Source: Tissierellia bacterium (lineage in GTDB: Bacteria; Bacillota; Clostridia; Tissierellales; Tepidimicrobiaceae). From it: DNA of 48,585 nt. Position numbers and translations under genes: made by a program. Numbering within the stretch: position 1 is the first letter of the stretch; each line of letters opens with the position of its first letter. Under the pieces are notes generated by a model that saw nothing but the letters and a program-made list of their open reading frames with translations, was not told where the DNA came from and ran no database searches. This document shows, one piece after another, positions 17,535 through 27,300 of this stretch. The stretch covers positions 1 to 48,585 of the forward strand of contig JAAZMG010000095.1 of NCBI GenBank assembly GCA_012798935.1, given 5' to 3'.

Positions 17535-17563
17535 ATTATACGCAAACACCCGTTCTTTGTCAA
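17535..17563 (-). promoter_or_regulatory. Consensus sigma-A promoter of the yneA-like gene
   Basis: On the - strand: TTGACA, 17 nt (AAGAACGGGTGTTTGCG), TATAAT. Confidence 0.65.
17543..17556. promoter_or_regulatory. LexA-box-like site inside the yneA-like promoter spacer
   Basis: On the - strand: AGAACGGGTGTTTG (GAAC-N4-GTTT). Confidence 0.6.
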
Positions 17564-17579
17564 TGGTTATTTTGAAAAA

Positions 17580-17593
17580 AGAACTTTTGTTTG
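17580..17593. promoter_or_regulatory. LexA-box-like site overlapping the lexA -35
   Basis: AGAACTTTTGTTTG on the + strand. Overlaps the TTGATT -35. Confidence 0.65.
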
Positions 17594-17619
17594 ATTCTTT
17601 AATATATCTATGATATAAT
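17591..17619 (+). promoter_or_regulatory. sigma-A type promoter of lexA
   Basis: TTGATT (17591..17596), 17 nt, TATAAT (17614..17619). Confidence 0.6.
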
Positions 17620-17771
17620 TAGTAATAATCTTTAAACTATACCCTATCATTAAAAAGTAAGCTAAGTATTAGATACATATAAACAAACATTTAGAATAAT
17701 AAGTATGAAAAACTATGGATATTAATTATGTAAAGTAAATTTCTATAGATATATTATGGGAGGTGTTTTAA

Positions 17772-18389
17772 ATGTACGAAGACTTAACCCAAAAACAAAT
17801 TGAAATTTTATATTATATTAAGAATCAAGTGCAAAAACAAGGCTATCCACCGTCTGTAAGAGAAATTTGTAAAGGTGTTAATTTAAAGTCAACTTCTACT
17901 GTGCATAATCACTTGGAAAAATTAGAAATGAAAGGCTATATTAGAAAAGATCCTACTAAACCAAGAGCTATCGAAATTTTAGATAAGGATGAAAACTCTT
18001 TATTTGCACCTAAAAAAACTGTTGATATACCTATTATTGGCAAGGTTACTGCTGGTCAACCAATTCTAGCAGTAGAACATATTGAAGATACATACCCAGT
18101 TCCTATAGATATGGCTGAACGGGGCCCTCTATTCATATTAAAAGTTCAAGGTGATAGTATGATAAATGCGGGAATTTTAAATGATGATTATGTTCTTGTA
18201 AAACAGCAAAATCAAGCTGTAAATGGAGATATTGTAGTGGCATTACTAGAAGATGAAGCTACCATAAAGAGGTTTTTTAAGGAAAAAGACCATATACGTT
18301 TACAACCTGAAAATGAATCTATGTCACCAATACTGACTAAGAATGTAATGGTTCTCGGAAAAGTAATTGGATTGTATAGAAGAATATAG
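17772..18389 (+). CDS. lexA: LexA repressor
   Basis: 205 aa. N-terminal winged HTH (GYPPSVREI), cleavage-site region, S24 peptidase domain with [11 protein letters not shown] (Ser) and ATIKRF (Lys). Confidence 0.97.
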   Translation: MYEDLTQKQIEILYYIKNQVQKQGYPPSVREICKGVNLKSTSTVHNHLEKLEMKGYIRKDPTKPRAIEILDKDENSLFAPKKTVDIPIIGKVTAGQPILAVEHIEDTYPVPIDMAERGPLFILKVQGDSMINAGILNDDYVLVKQQNQAVNGDIVVALLEDEATIKRFFKEKDHIRLQPENESMSPILTKNVMVLGKVIGLYRRI

Positions 18390-18407
18390 CTTTGTCTATT
18401 AATTAAT

Positions 18408-18440
18408 AAAAAGCTAACCATTTTATTGGGTTAGCTTTTT
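18408..18440. terminator. Bidirectional terminator at the convergent lexA / ynbB-like junction
   Basis: AAAAAGCTAACC, 9-nt loop, GGTTAGCTTTTT. The loop contains the stop codon of the - strand gene. Confidence 0.8.
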
Positions 18441-19727
18441 ATTATCTATTAAATTATTAATATATAAATTATTTAAAGATTTCATTACACCTAATTTGCA
18501 ATGCTCATAGGTTAAACCACCTTGATAATAGGCAAAATAAGGCTCCCTCATTGGTCCATCAGCACTTAACTCTATAGAAGAACCATCTATAAAACCTCCT
18601 GCTGCCATAATAACCTTATCTTCATAGCCTGGCATATCCCATGGAATAGGCGTTACATAGGAGTCTACTACAGATGCATTTTGAATCCCCTTGCAAAATT
18701 CAATAACCCTATCTGGCGAATTAAATTTTACAGCTTGAATAATATCACTTCTAGTATCATGGATTTCAGGTACAATATCAAATCCTAACTCCTTATAAAC
18801 TATTCCAACTAATAAAGCTCCTTTCACAGCTTCTGAAACTATATGAGGTGCCAAATAAAACCCTTGTAATGTAGTTCGTGTGGTTCCGAAGGTCAATCCA
18901 CAATCTTTGCCTAATCCTGGTGCTGTACTTCTGTTAGCAACCTGTTCCACTAAATTAGATTTTCCTACTATATACCCTCCTGCTAATGCTAATCCTCCTC
19001 CAGGATTTTTAATCAATGATCCTGCCGTTATATCAGCACCTATATCCGTTGGTTCTCTTTTTTCTAAAAATTCACCATAACAGTTATCCACCATAATAAT
19101 AACATCTTTATTTTTACTTTTAATTTTTTCAATAACTTCTTCCATTTCATCTATAGTTATGGCTTTCCTATCGCTATAACCTGTAGATCTTTGTATAAGT
19201 AAGACTTTAGTATTATTAGATATATTTTTTAATACTTTCTCTACATCCATTTTCCCATTTTTTAAAGCTATTTCTTTATAATTTATACCATATTCTAGTA
19301 AAGTACCATTTTGGTTTCCCTTTACGCCGATTATTTTTTGCAATGTATCATATGGACTTCCAGTTATGGATATAAGCTCATCATTTGGCCTTAATAGTCC
19401 AGATAAAGTTAATGTAATAGCATGGGTACCCGATGCTATTGTTGGCCTAACTAGAGCATCTTCAGTATTAAAAACCATAGCATAAATTTCTTCTACCTTA
19501 TCCCTACCTATATCTCCATATCCATATCCAGTAGTCCAACTAAAATCCGTAGAACTAAGTCTAGCTTCTTGCATACTTTTAATTACCTTATATTGATTAT
19601 ATTCTTTTATCTCATCAATTCCGTTAAATTTTTTATTTATTAATTTTTCTTTTGAATTTACAAAATTAATAACTTCTTCTTTAATTTTAAATTGTTTACA
19701 TAATATATTTATTGTCCCCTTTTCCAT
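18423..19727 (-). CDS. YnbB-like PLP enzyme (methionine gamma-lyase / aluminium-resistance family)
   Basis: 434 aa with a Cys/Met-metabolism PLP-enzyme-like fold sequence. Its position downstream of hfq matches the Firmicute ynbB-type gene as I recall it. Confidence 0.75.
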   Translation of the reverse strand: MEKGTINILCKQFKIKEEVINFVNSKEKLINKKFNGIDEIKEYNQYKVIKSMQEARLSSTDFSWTTGYGYGDIGRDKVEEIYAMVFNTEDALVRPTIASGTHAITLTLSGLLRPNDELISITGSPYDTLQKIIGVKGNQNGTLLEYGINYKEIALKNGKMDVEKVLKNISNNTKVLLIQRSTGYSDRKAITIDEMEEVIEKIKSKNKDVIIMVDNCYGEFLEKREPTDIGADITAGSLIKNPGGGLALAGGYIVGKSNLVEQVANRSTAPGLGKDCGLTFGTTRTTLQGFYLAPHIVSEAVKGALLVGIVYKELGFDIVPEIHDTRSDIIQAVKFNSPDRVIEFCKGIQNASVVDSYVTPIPWDMPGYEDKVIMAAGGFIDGSSIELSADGPMREPYFAYYQGGLTYEHCKLGVMKSLNNLYINNLIDNKKLTQ

Positions 19728-19809
19728 AAATTACTCAACCTTTCTAATTTGAACTTCAAATACAAAAGCCCCCGATACAATATCAGAGACATTTGCCTAA
19801 TTAATAAAA

Positions 19810-20049
19810 TTATTCTTCAATTAAGTTTTTATCTACTAAATTAATTGGTGTACTTGGTATAATTGTCGATATAGCATGTTTATAGATAAGTTGCTGTTTT
19901 CCATCACTATCCAATATAATGGTATAATTATCAAATCCTTTTACTACACCTTTAATTTGGTATCCATTTATTAAGTAAATCGTAATACTTATATTTTCTT
20001 TTCTTGCTCTATTAAGAAAAGTATCTTGAAGATTGATTATTTGTCTCAT
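19810..20049 (-). CDS. hfq: RNA chaperone Hfq
   Basis: 79 aa. Sm1/Sm2 motifs: [39 protein letters not shown]...LIYKHAIST. Confidence 0.95.
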   Translation of the reverse strand: MRQIINLQDTFLNRARKENISITIYLINGYQIKGVVKGFDNYTIILDSDGKQQLIYKHAISTIIPSTPINLVDKNLIEE

Positions 20050-20083
20050 ATATTTCCCTCCTTTAGAAATTTATACTAATAAG

Positions 20084-21016
20084 TTATTTTATATAGCTAA
20101 TAATAGTTTCACTAATCTTTTCAATGGAATCATATTTATTAATATCAATCCACTTTATTCTATTATCTCTTCTGAACCATGTTAGTTGCCTTTTAGCATA
20201 TCTCCTTGTATTTCTTTTAAGCATTTCAATAGTTTCATCTAATTTTGTCTCTCCTTCTAAATAAGAGATAATTTCTTTATATCCAATACCTTGCATAGAT
20301 ACTAGATCCTTGCCATATCCCATATCCATTAATTTTCTGACCTCATCTATTAATCCTTCTTCAAGCATAAGATCAACTCTTCTATTAATACGGGAATATA
20401 GCTTAGCCCTATCCATAGTTAAACCAATCATAGTTAAATTATACTTATCCGTTTCTTTTCTAAAATTTTTATTATAATAAGACATAGGTTTGCCAGTTTC
20501 ATGATAGATTTCTAAAGCTCTAATTATTCTTTGTCTATCATTAATATTTATCCGATTTGCAGATACAGCATCAACTTTGGATAATTCATCATGTATATAT
20601 TGATTTCCATACATATCTGCTAAGTAATCATATTTTTTTCTAAATTCTTCATTTGCCTCTACTTTAGTAAAATTTAATTCATATACTATAGAGTTAAGAT
20701 ATAATCCTGTTCCTCCAACTAATATAGGTAGTTTATCACTTTTATTTATTTTTTCAATGTGTTTTTCAGCTTTGTTTTTAAAATCTGCTACAGTAAATTC
20801 TTCATCTGGATAGACCATATCTAACATATAGTGGGGTACATGATCCATTTCCTCTAATGTCACTTTAGCAGTGCCAATATCCATATACTTATATATTTGC
20901 ATGGAATCTGCCGATATTATTTCTCCATTTAGTTTTTTAGCTATATTTATAGATATAGTAGTTTTACCTATTGCCGTTGGTCCTATAATTACCAATAAAT
21001 CATCCTTATTTTCCAT
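20084..21016 (-). CDS. miaA: tRNA dimethylallyltransferase MiaA
   Basis: P-loop GPTAIGKT, SADSMQIYK, GGTGLY. miaA-hfq synteny. Confidence 0.95.
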   Translation of the reverse strand: MENKDDLLVIIGPTAIGKTTISINIAKKLNGEIISADSMQIYKYMDIGTAKVTLEEMDHVPHYMLDMVYPDEEFTVADFKNKAEKHIEKINKSDKLPILVGGTGLYLNSIVYELNFTKVEANEEFRKKYDYLADMYGNQYIHDELSKVDAVSANRININDRQRIIRALEIYHETGKPMSYYNKNFRKETDKYNLTMIGLTMDRAKLYSRINRRVDLMLEEGLIDEVRKLMDMGYGKDLVSMQGIGYKEIISYLEGETKLDETIEMLKRNTRRYAKRQLTWFRRDNRIKWIDINKYDSIEKISETIISYIK

Positions 21017-21033
21017 TTTGTTTGATCATCCTT

Positions 21034-22848
21034 TTACATAATTCTTTTAAACTCCTTTTCAAGTTCTTCTTTCGATACCTCAATAATTGTAGGCCTGCCA
21101 TGGGGACAGGTGTAAGGATTTTTTGTTTTGCTTAATTGTTCAAATAAACTTTTTATTTCAATATCTACTATTTTATCACCACTTTTAATAGCTTTAGTAC
21201 ATGCTATTTTTATTATTTTATCTAGCTTTACCTCATAACTACTTTTAATATCCAGCTTTATAGTATCAATTAACTCTAAAAATAACTTTTTAACTTCAGG
21301 TTTCCCAAATAATATTGGTACTCCTCTAATTATAACGCTATTGGTTCCAAACTCTTCTACTATAAATCCTAGTTTTCTTAAAAGTTCAATATTATCCATT
21401 ACGATTGCAACCTCTGTATTGGTTAACTCTATCACCTCAGGAGTTAAAAGATTTTGAGTTATCACTTTTTCATTTTCATATTCTTCCTTATATTTTTCAT
21501 ACATAATTCTTTCATGAGCAGCATGTTGATCTATAATAAGTAGTTTATTCAATTCAGAGTCTTCTGCTAGTATATAGGTAGAAAAAAGAATGCCTATAGG
21601 CCTGATCCTTTGCAAAATATCCCTCAATATATCATCCGCTTTTTCATTTGAAAACTCTTCATCAGTAGGTTTATCATCATATTTTAGTTTTTCTTCTATC
21701 ACTTTATTTATGCTACTCTTATGTTCGTTTATATCATAAAAAGTAGTATCAGGTCTTACTATGTTTTCATTTTCCACGAAACTTTTTTCAAAAAGAAGGG
21801 GCAATTCTTCTATTTGTTCTTTCTTCTTCTCCTTACTAAATAAAACTTCAGGAATAGATAGAGCATTTTTTAATGTTCTATCTATTACATAATCTAGCTC
21901 TTTATCTATTAGTTGTTGATTTATAAATTTAATTTGCTGTTTAGTAGGATGAATATTTACATCAATTAATGAAGGGTCTACATTGATGAACAATATAAAT
22001 ACCGGGAACTTATTAATAGGTATAATGGATTTATATTTATTCTCTATTAATCTAGATATATGATCATTTTTAATATACCTATTATTCACGTATAAATACT
22101 GGTGACTTCTATTGCCTCTATAAAAGGTATTGTTAGATATATATCCGGATATACTAAAATTTGAGCCTTCATAATCAATCCTAAGAAGGTTATCGCTAAA
22201 ATCCTTTCCTAATAAAGTATATATGTTAGAAATTAAATCATTATCTTTAGAAGTCTTTAATATAACTTTATTATCTTTAATATATTTAAAGGAAATATCA
22301 GAGTTTCCTAAAGCTAATTTATATACTATATCACTAATATGATTAGCTTCTATTATATGGCTTTTTAAAAATTTTTTCCTTACAGGAATATTATAAAATA
22401 TATCTTTAACTATCATAGTAGTTCCTTTAGGACAACCTACAGGTCTTTTTTTAATTACTTCCCCTTCTTCTACAAAAGCTTGAATTCCCAATAAATCATC
22501 ATCAGTCTTCGTAAGGACTTGAACTTTAGATACTGTAGATATACTTGCTAAAGCCTCGCCTCTAAATCCAAAGGACATAACCCTATATAGATCATCTACA
22601 TTAGATAGTTTACTTGTAGAGTGACGTTTAAATGCAATATCTAAATCTTCTTCAAGAATACCATCTCCATCATCTGTAACTCGAATATAGGATTTTCCTC
22701 CATTGTTTATTTCAATAACAATATTAGAAGAATTTGCATCTAACGAATTTTCGACAAGTTCTTTAATAATAGATGAAGGCCTTTCAATAATTTCCCCTGC
22801 TGCAATCTTTTGTATTGTTACCTCATCAAGTTCCTTTATTCTATTCAC
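21034..22848 (-). CDS. mutL: DNA mismatch repair protein MutL
   Basis: GHKL ATPase N-terminus (IAAGEIIERPSSIIKELVENSLDA, DDGDGI, FGFRGEAL). C-terminal dimerisation/endonuclease region including CPHGRP. Confidence 0.95.
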   Translation of the reverse strand: MNRIKELDEVTIQKIAAGEIIERPSSIIKELVENSLDANSSNIVIEINNGGKSYIRVTDDGDGILEEDLDIAFKRHSTSKLSNVDDLYRVMSFGFRGEALASISTVSKVQVLTKTDDDLLGIQAFVEEGEVIKKRPVGCPKGTTMIVKDIFYNIPVRKKFLKSHIIEANHISDIVYKLALGNSDISFKYIKDNKVILKTSKDNDLISNIYTLLGKDFSDNLLRIDYEGSNFSISGYISNNTFYRGNRSHQYLYVNNRYIKNDHISRLIENKYKSIIPINKFPVFILFINVDPSLIDVNIHPTKQQIKFINQQLIDKELDYVIDRTLKNALSIPEVLFSKEKKKEQIEELPLLFEKSFVENENIVRPDTTFYDINEHKSSINKVIEEKLKYDDKPTDEEFSNEKADDILRDILQRIRPIGILFSTYILAEDSELNKLLIIDQHAAHERIMYEKYKEEYENEKVITQNLLTPEVIELTNTEVAIVMDNIELLRKLGFIVEEFGTNSVIIRGVPILFGKPEVKKLFLELIDTIKLDIKSSYEVKLDKIIKIACTKAIKSGDKIVDIEIKSLFEQLSKTKNPYTCPHGRPTIIEVSKEELEKEFKRIM

Positions 22849-25465
22849 CTTGTGCTCTCTCCTTAAGTTTTTTAGCCTCTTCTATTAAATCATATAATAT
22901 ATTGATAGATTCTATTGGAGTCAGTCTTGATATATCAATATTATTTATCTTATCAATCAAATAATCTTTTCTGTAGTCTGAAATACTTAATTGTTGACTA
23001 GTTTCTACAGATTTATTAGTAGTCGTTAGTCGGTGGTTTTGCTCTATCTGATGTAATATTTCGTTAGCCCTATCAATAACTTGTTCATCAATTCCAGCTA
23101 ATTTTGCTACTTCGATTCCATAGCTTTTATTAGTGCTACCTTTAACAATTTTTCTCAAAAATATTATTTCATCACCTTTTTCTTCAACTAATATAGTAAG
23201 ATTTTTTATTCCTTCTAGCTTGTTTTCTAACTCTATTAGTTCATGATAATGAGTAGCAAATAAAGTTTTTGCTTTTATATTTTCAGCAATATATTCAATT
23301 GTAGCCCAGGCTATGCTAAGACCATCATAAGTGCTTGTGCCTCTCCCAACTTCATCCAATATTATTAGACTATCTTTTGTTGCATTCTTAATTATATGAG
23401 CTACCTCATTCATTTCTACCATAAAAGTACTTTCTCCTTGAGATAAATTATCACTAGCACCTATTCTAGTAAAAATTCTATCTACAACAGCTATATTTGC
23501 TTCCTTTGCAGGAACGAAAGAACCTATTTGTGCTAACAAAGTAATTATAGCAACCTGCCTCATATAGGTAGATTTGCCAGCCATATTTGGACCAGTTATT
23601 ATTTGAACTCTGTTATCTTCATTATCTAGATAGGTGTCATTTGGTACAAATATACTATTTTCCATAGTCTCTTCTACTACAGGATGTCTACCCTCTACAA
23701 TGTTTATTATCCCCTTATTATTAAGTTTAGGTTTCACATAATTATTTTTATATGCAACTTGTGCAAAGGAGTTTAAAACATCAATCTTTGAAATTTGCTT
23801 ACTCACTTTTTGAATTCTATGGGTTTCAAGCTTTACTTTTGTTCTTATATCTTGAAAAATAGCATACTCAATTTCTACCATTTTCTCTTCTGCTCCTAAG
23901 ATCTCCATCTCCATTTCTTTCAATTGATCTGTATGATATCTTTCAGAATTAGTCAATGTTTGTTTCCTTATGAAGTAATCTGGAACTAAATCTAAATTTG
24001 AATTAGTAACCTCAAAAAAATAACCTGATTTTTTATTAAATCCAATTTTTAAATTTTTAATTCCCGTCTTTCTCTTTTCCTCATACTCTAATTTTGTAAG
24101 CCACTTTTTACCTTCTGTACTTGCCCTTTTCAATTTATCTAATTCTTCATCATAGCCTAGTTTTATCAGCTCCCCCTCTTTAATTGAAAGAGGAGGATTG
24201 TCTACAATTGATATATCTATTAGCTCAAAAATATCATTTAAAGAATCAATTCTCATGCTCAGTTCAATTAACAGTTTTTCATTAGATTCCATTAATAATT
24301 CTTTTAATTTTGGTATCATACCAATAGATGATTTTAAAGAATATAGATCTCTAGCATTACAATTACCATAGGATATTTTTCCAATAAGTCTTTCTAAATC
24401 ATATATTTTCTTTAAACAATTTTTGATCTGATCCATTAATATAATATCTTTTACAAATATCCCAACTACCCTTTGTCGCTTTTCAATATCTTTTATATTT
24501 ATCAAAGGCTGTTCTAACCAGCTTTTCAAAAGCCTACCACCCATCGCAGTAGAAGTTTTATCTAAAATCCAAATCAGTGCTCCTTTTTTTTCTCTGCTCA
24601 TTATTGTTTCATGTATTTCTAAATTGGTACGTGTATTTATATCTAGTATCATATACTCCCTTGGTTCATAAATTTTAAGCTCATTTATATGTTCTAAGGA
24701 TTTTTTTTGAGTCTCATATAAATAATCAATTAATTTTCCCAAGGATAAAATTGAATACATCTTACCTTCTAAACCTAATTCTTTCAATCTGTCTACATTA
24801 AAATGGTGAATAATAATATCTTTTATTTGAATTTTATCTACTATATCATCTTCATAAACATTTATATAAGGATTTATTCTATTTTCAATAAATTTTAATA
24901 TCTTTTTATCTTCAATAAAGGTTTTATTGCATATTACCTCTGAAGGGAATATCTTTCCCAATTCATCTAAAATAAAGTCATAAGAGCTTTCTTCATCCCC
25001 AATATACTCTGTAGTATACATCTCTCCTGTAGAACTATCTACATAAGATAAGCCTACTCCAAAATCATCTAAATATATGGATACAAGATAGTTGTTAGAT
25101 TTCTCATCTAAAACATTTATATCCATTATTGTGCCTGGAGTTACTACTCTTACTACATCTCTTTTTACTATCCCTTTTGCTATAGAAGGGTCTTCCAATT
25201 GCTCACATATGGCTACTTTATAGCCTTTTCCAACTAATCTAGAAATATATATTTCTGATACATGATGGGGCACTCCACACATAGGGGCCTTTTCATTACT
25301 ACCGCAATCTCTTTGAGTTAAAGCTATCTCAAGCTCTTTAGATGCAATAATAGCATCTTCAAAAAACATTTCATAAAAATCTCCTAATCTAAAGAACAAT
25401 ATAGAGTCTTTATACCTTTCTTTAACTGACATATATTGTTTCATCATTGGTGTTAAATTATCCAA
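22841..25465 (-). CDS. mutS: DNA mismatch repair protein MutS
   Basis: 874 aa. Mismatch-binding N-terminus (TPMMKQY...FFRLGDFYEMF), Walker A GPNMAGKST, ILDEVGRGTSTYDG. Confidence 0.97.
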   Translation of the reverse strand: MDNLTPMMKQYMSVKERYKDSILFFRLGDFYEMFFEDAIIASKELEIALTQRDCGSNEKAPMCGVPHHVSEIYISRLVGKGYKVAICEQLEDPSIAKGIVKRDVVRVVTPGTIMDINVLDEKSNNYLVSIYLDDFGVGLSYVDSSTGEMYTTEYIGDEESSYDFILDELGKIFPSEVICNKTFIEDKKILKFIENRINPYINVYEDDIVDKIQIKDIIIHHFNVDRLKELGLEGKMYSILSLGKLIDYLYETQKKSLEHINELKIYEPREYMILDINTRTNLEIHETIMSREKKGALIWILDKTSTAMGGRLLKSWLEQPLINIKDIEKRQRVVGIFVKDIILMDQIKNCLKKIYDLERLIGKISYGNCNARDLYSLKSSIGMIPKLKELLMESNEKLLIELSMRIDSLNDIFELIDISIVDNPPLSIKEGELIKLGYDEELDKLKRASTEGKKWLTKLEYEEKRKTGIKNLKIGFNKKSGYFFEVTNSNLDLVPDYFIRKQTLTNSERYHTDQLKEMEMEILGAEEKMVEIEYAIFQDIRTKVKLETHRIQKVSKQISKIDVLNSFAQVAYKNNYVKPKLNNKGIINIVEGRHPVVEETMENSIFVPNDTYLDNEDNRVQIITGPNMAGKSTYMRQVAIITLLAQIGSFVPAKEANIAVVDRIFTRIGASDNLSQGESTFMVEMNEVAHIIKNATKDSLIILDEVGRGTSTYDGLSIAWATIEYIAENIKAKTLFATHYHELIELENKLEGIKNLTILVEEKGDEIIFLRKIVKGSTNKSYGIEVAKLAGIDEQVIDRANEILHQIEQNHRLTTTNKSVETSQQLSISDYRKDYLIDKINNIDISRLTPIESINILYDLIEEAKKLKERAQGE

Positions 25466-25481
25466 AATTATAACCTCCGAA

Positions 25482-26804
25482 CTAAATTATATAACCTTCC
25501 AATGTAAAGGATTTTACCGTTGTTATTTTCACATTAACTAGTTTTCCAATTAAAGATTTATCACCTTCAAAATGGACAAGTTTTCCTGTCCTCGTTCTAC
25601 CAGTTAACACATTATCATTGTTTTTGCTAACTTCTTCTACTAAAACTTCTACAACTTTATTCATATACTTAAGATTTTGTTCATAAAATATTGGATATAT
25701 GGTATCCAATAACCTTTGAAATCTCTCATGTTTTATCCTATTAGGAACTTGATTTTTCATATTTGCTGCAACAGTTCCTTCTCTAATTGAATATAAGAAG
25801 GTAAAAGCTGAATCATATTTTACTTTTTTAATTAAATCTAAAGTTTCATTGAAATCCTCTTCTGTTTCCCCTGGAAACCCTACTATTATATCTGTTGATA
25901 TGGCGATATTAGGTACTGCTTTGGTGATTTTTTCAATTAATAATATATAATCCTCTTTAGTATATTTTCTATTCATAGCTTTTAAAACCCTATTGCTTCC
26001 AGATTGTACAGGCAAATGGAGTTGTTCACATACTTTATCTAATTCAGATATAGCCTTAATTAATTCATCCGATAAATCCTTTGGATGAGAAGTCATAAAT
26101 CTTATTCTTTCTATTCCATCAATTTTATTTACTTCTCTCAGTAACTTTGCAAAGGAATAATCATAACCTAATGTTTTACCATAAGAATTTACATTTTGAC
26201 CTAATAAAGTTATTTCTTTATAACCTTTTTCCCCTAGCTCCTGTATTTCTTTTAAAATGTGTTCTGGTTCTCTACTTTTCTCTCTTCCCCTTGTATATGG
26301 AACAATACAATAGGTACAAAAGTTATTACAGCCATACATAATATTCACAAAAGCTTTAAATGAATATTTACGATTAGCTTCTACCTCCTCTATTGTTTCT
26401 CTATCATCTTCCACTATATCAACTACAGTCTTACCAGTCTGCTCATATCTATTAATAAGTTGTGGTAATTTGTGTATATTACTAGTACCAAAGATTATAT
26501 CAACATGTTTATACTTTGACAATATAACGTTCCTAGCTTCTTCCCGTTGCATCATACAACCACAAACCGCAATTACTAGATCTGGTTTTCTTCTCTTTAA
26601 ATTTTTTAATGCTCCTAACTGTCCATATACTCTTAATTCTGCATTTTCTCTCACTAAGCAGGTATTATATATAATAAGATCACTTTCTTTTTTATTATCT
26701 GTCCATTCATATCCCATCTTTTCTAATAACCAGGATATTTTTTCTGAATCATGCTCATTCATTTGACAACCATAAGTGACAATAGTATATTTTTTATTTT
26801 TCAT
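25482..26804 (-). CDS. miaB: tRNA-2-methylthio-N6-dimethylallyladenosine synthase MiaB
   Basis: TYGCQMNEHDSE (MiaB-type), radical-SAM CNNFCTYC, C-terminal TRAM. Upstream of mutS, as for B. subtilis ymcB. Confidence 0.9.
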   Translation of the reverse strand: MKNKKYTIVTYGCQMNEHDSEKISWLLEKMGYEWTDNKKESDLIIYNTCLVRENAELRVYGQLGALKNLKRRKPDLVIAVCGCMMQREEARNVILSKYKHVDIIFGTSNIHKLPQLINRYEQTGKTVVDIVEDDRETIEEVEANRKYSFKAFVNIMYGCNNFCTYCIVPYTRGREKSREPEHILKEIQELGEKGYKEITLLGQNVNSYGKTLGYDYSFAKLLREVNKIDGIERIRFMTSHPKDLSDELIKAISELDKVCEQLHLPVQSGSNRVLKAMNRKYTKEDYILLIEKITKAVPNIAISTDIIVGFPGETEEDFNETLDLIKKVKYDSAFTFLYSIREGTVAANMKNQVPNRIKHERFQRLLDTIYPIFYEQNLKYMNKVVEVLVEEVSKNNDNVLTGRTRTGKLVHFEGDKSLIGKLVNVKITTVKSFTLEGYII

Positions 26805-26929
26805 CGTTTTTTCCTCCTAATAACTAGTCCTTACTATTATATCATTATAACAAAAATAAATAAAAAAAAACCTGGGAAATAATTAATAAAATTAATTCAG
26901 GTTGCAGGTTAAATAATGTAAATTTATAT

Positions 26930-26964
26930 AAAATAGCCTATTAGATTTTTGAATAGGCTATTTT
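26930..26964 (-). terminator. Terminator after the six-Cys micro-gene (bidirectional shape)
   Basis: AAAATAGCCTATT, 9-nt loop, AATAGGCTATTTT. Confidence 0.75.
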
Positions 26965-26990
26965 ATAATTTATTATATTTGTATTAACTT

Positions 26991-27137
26991 TTAATCTTCT
27001 TGTATAAGTACATTTTCATAGAGTTCACATTTTTCACAATTGCATAAACCACAAGCATTGTTTATACAGGAAATTGCTCCACATTTTTTATAATTATGAT
27101 TTTGTTTTACTGTGTTTATTTTAACCTCCTTTTTCAT
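26991..27137 (-). CDS. 48-aa six-cysteine small protein (not in the ORF track)
   Basis: ATG to TAA gives MKKEVKINTVKQNHNYKKCGAISCINNACGLCNCEKCELYENVLIQED. It has its own promoter-like element, a G-rich SD-like GGGGTAG 8 nt upstream and a terminator about 26 nt after the stop. Confidence 0.55.
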   Translation of the reverse strand: MKKEVKINTVKQNHNYKKCGAISCINNACGLCNCEKCELYENVLIQED

Positions 27138-27169
27138 AACTATCTACCCCTTATTATATGTTTAATCAA

Positions 27170-27198
27170 ATTATACCATAAGATTTAACAAAATACAA
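27170..27198 (-). promoter_or_regulatory. sigma-A type promoter (extended -10) for the six-Cys gene
   Basis: On the - strand: TTGTAT, 17 nt, TATAAT preceded by TGG (TGgTATAAT). Confidence 0.55.
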
Positions 27199-27300
27199 AG
27201 GATTATTCTGAAAATTGAATAAATTATATTATATACTTGCAATTCCTTACACATACATAAACATATAATCTATGTTATGCAGGATATATTTATTAACAAT

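Noticed and set aside
25482-26804. miaB as the radical-SAM maturase of the adjacent six-Cys peptide.
   Set aside because: It has the full MiaB MTTase architecture (UPF0004 N-domain, radical SAM, TRAM) and the conserved miaB-mutS synteny. It has no SPASM/twitch auxiliary-cluster domain. A terminator separates the two genes.
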